64,000 bases of DNA, taken from contig CAWIIV010000020.1 in NCBI GenBank assembly GCA_963836205.1, forward strand, positions 96,001 through 160,000. The letters are read 5' to 3'. Both the position numbers and the translations under genes were made by a program. Source of the stretch: an uncultured Acidimicrobiia bacterium. GTDB lineage: Bacteria > Actinomycetota > Acidimicrobiia > Acidimicrobiales > AC-14. The notes under the pieces were generated by a model. The model did not search any database. It had not been told where the DNA came from and worked only from the letters and a program-made list of their open reading frames with translations. Positions 61,898 through 64,000 of this stretch are shown one piece after another; the first letter of the stretch is position 1, and each line of letters opens with the position of its first letter.

Positions 61898-64000
61898 GTG
61901 ACTGGGCGTGGACCGGCTGCCCTCGGGCGGGGTGTGGTGGTGATGGCCGACGGGGAGATCCCGGCCGAGTGGGCGGGCGCGCCGGTGGTCGTGGTCGACG
62001 AGGCGGCGATGGCGGACCCGGGGCGGTGCGTCGCCGAGATGCACTCGGCGTGGGCGGCGCGGCGGCCGGTGGTGGTGGCGCTGGCGGTCGACCCGGCCCG
62101 GTTCCGCGAGCCGGAGTCGTGGGCGGTGGAGCCGTGGACACTCGGCCCGGCATTCGAGGCGTACCGCGACCGGCTGCACTTCCTCGTGTGGGCCAACAAT
62201 TACGACGCCCGAAAACCCGGCGATCCCGTGTGGTGGTGGGGCCGGAAGACGGAGCGCCTCGGCGCCCACCCGGCCCCGGACGGCACTTCCTCCGACGTAC
62301 TGCTCCCGAACGGGCGGGCGGCGTGGGTCGACGGTGGTCCCCGGGGCCCGCTCGACACCGGCGACGGGGCGGCGGTGGTCCACGTGGAGTCGGTGGCGCT
62401 CGGCCGGCTCACCCCGGCACCCCCGCCGACCTCGCCCACGGCCGTCCTCGCCCCCGACCAGTTGGCGGCGGTGGCCCACGGCGCCGGCCCGGCCCGGGTG
62501 ATCGCCCCCGCGGGGTCGGGCAAGACACGGGTCCTCACCGAGCGCCTCCGCCACCTCGTGGTCGACCGCGGTTTCGAGACCGAGACGGTGCTCGCGGTGG
62601 CGTACAACAAGAAGGCCCGCGAGGAGATGGAGAACCGGTGCCGGGCATTCCGGCCCCGGGTCCGCACGATCAACGCCCTCGGGCTGGCCCTTCTCACAGA
62701 GGCCCGCGGCAGTCCCCCGGCGGTCCTCGACGAGCGTGACGTCCGGGAGATCGTCACCACCCTTGTGCCCCGACCCCGGCGGCGGGTCAACACCGACCCC
62801 ATCGGCCCCTATCTCGACGGCCTGTCCCTCATCCGCCTCGGCCTACGCGACCCGGTGGCGGTGGAGGACTCCCGCGACGACGTCCCCGGCCTGGCCGAGG
62901 CCTTCGCTCCCTTCCGCCAGCGGCTGGCGGCCAGTGGCGCGGTCGACTTCGACGAGCAGGTCTACGGCGCCATCGAGATCCTCCTCGCCGGCGGCGACTT
63001 CCGCCGTCACGCCCAGGCCGGGTGCCGCCATCTCCTGGTCGACGAGTTCCAGGACCTCACTCCGGCCCACGTCCTGCTCCTGCGGCTGCTGGCCACCCCC
63101 GCCCTCGACGTGTTCGGCGTCGGCGACGACGACCAGGTCATCTACGGCCACGCCGGTGCCGACCCCCAATTCCTGGTCAACTTCGAGCATCTGTTCCCGG
63201 CCGCGGCCGACCATCCCCTCGAGGTCAACTACCGCGGCCCGGTGGAGGTGGTCGCCGCCGCCCGCCACCTTCTGTCCTACAACGACCGGCGGGTGCCCAA
63301 GCAGATCCGCCCCGGCCCCGACGCCGACGCCACCGTGGGTGCCCTCACCGTCCGCCGGCACGCCCCCGAGGCTGGTGGCACCGCGGTAGCAGACGTCGTC
63401 TCGACCTGGCTGAGCGAAGCCGAACCCGCCGGCATCGCGGTGTTGGCCCGGGTCAACTCCCTGCTCCTCGCGCCCCAGGTGGCGCTGGTCGAGGCCGGCG
63501 TCCCGGTCGACTCGGTGCTGCGGGCCAGCGTTCTCGATCGCACCGGGGTGCGGGCCGCCCTCGCCTACCTCCGCATCGGTGCCGACCCCGACGACATCGA
63601 CGGTGCCGACGTGGTCGAGGTGTACCGGCGGCCGTCCCGGGGCTTCCCCCAGTGGTTCCCCAAATGGCTTCGGGGCCGGCTGTCGATCGATCGGCTGGCG
63701 GCCATGTCGTCCCGCATCGACGACGTGAAGGTCGGCCAGAAGGTCACCGAGTTGGCCGCCGACCTCCGGCGGGTGGCCGACGCCGTTGCCAGCGGCACCA
63801 CCGCCACCGCCCTGGCCGTCGTCCGCGACGAGATCGGCCTGGGCGGGGCGATGGGCATGCTCGACTCGTCCCGCGCCGGCGAAGGTGGGTCGAGCCACCT
63901 CGACGATCTGGAGGCCCTGGCCCAGGTGGCCGCCCTCCACCCCGACGCCGCCTCCTTCGAGCCGTGGCTGCGGGAGGTGCTCCGGCGGGAGGCCACGCCA
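61898..64000 (+). CDS. UvrD/REP-family helicase with long N-terminal extension (runs off window end)
   Basis: Manual translation: DQLAAV, APAGSGKT, VAYNKKA, LLVDEFQD, VGDDDQVIYG, LEVNYR. Confidence 0.9.
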   Translation, partial: MTGRGPAALGRGVVVMADGEIPAEWAGAPVVVVDEAAMADPGRCVAEMHSAWAARRPVVVALAVDPARFREPESWAVEPWTLGPAFEAYRDRLHFLVWANNYDARKPGDPVWWWGRKTERLGAHPAPDGTSSDVLLPNGRAAWVDGGPRGPLDTGDGAAVVHVESVALGRLTPAPPPTSPTAVLAPDQLAAVAHGAGPARVIAPAGSGKTRVLTERLRHLVVDRGFETETVLAVAYNKKAREEMENRCRAFRPRVRTINALGLALLTEARGSPPAVLDERDVREIVTTLVPRPRRRVNTDPIGPYLDGLSLIRLGLRDPVAVEDSRDDVPGLAEAFAPFRQRLAASGAVDFDEQVYGAIEILLAGGDFRRHAQAGCRHLLVDEFQDLTPAHVLLLRLLATPALDVFGVGDDDQVIYGHAGADPQFLVNFEHLFPAAADHPLEVNYRGPVEVVAAARHLLSYNDRRVPKQIRPGPDADATVGALTVRRHAPEAGGTAVADVVSTWLSEAEPAGIAVLARVNSLLLAPQVALVEAGVPVDSVLRASVLDRTGVRAALAYLRIGADPDDIDGADVVEVYRRPSRGFPQWFPKWLRGRLSIDRLAAMSSRIDDVKVGQKVTELAADLRRVADAVASGTTATALAVVRDEIGLGGAMGMLDSSRAGEGGSSHLDDLEALAQVAALHPDAASFEPWLREVLRREATP

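Overview
High-GC actinobacterial chromosome segment, probably Acidimicrobiia judging by gene content (inference). No rRNA, tRNA or CRISPR array was recognised. It is mostly housekeeping and stress genes: a PspC two-component system, whiB7, dinG, ppc, an amidase, hsp20, egtA-like, hypAB, ku, glycosyltransferases, a Cu/Zn resistance cluster and a UvrD-like helicase. Two visibly more A/T-rich islets carry candidate defence genes. One is a beta-class DNA methyltransferase plus a PD-(D/E)xK nuclease, preceded by a LexA/SOS box. The other is a single-gene AAA+/STAND-like NTPase with a C-terminal TIR domain. Other highlights are a complete whiB7 uORF/antiterminator/terminator leader, three dispersed 52-bp palindromic elements (two bracketing ku), a CopA fused to an extracellular cupredoxin, a Rieske-ThDP enzyme fusion, and an uncharacterised three-gene cluster sharing a duplicated domain. 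Many genes contain single-base frameshifts, several at homopolymers. This suggests long-read consensus errors, so pseudogene calls are tentative. All family assignments come from motifs recognised by eye, not from database searches.
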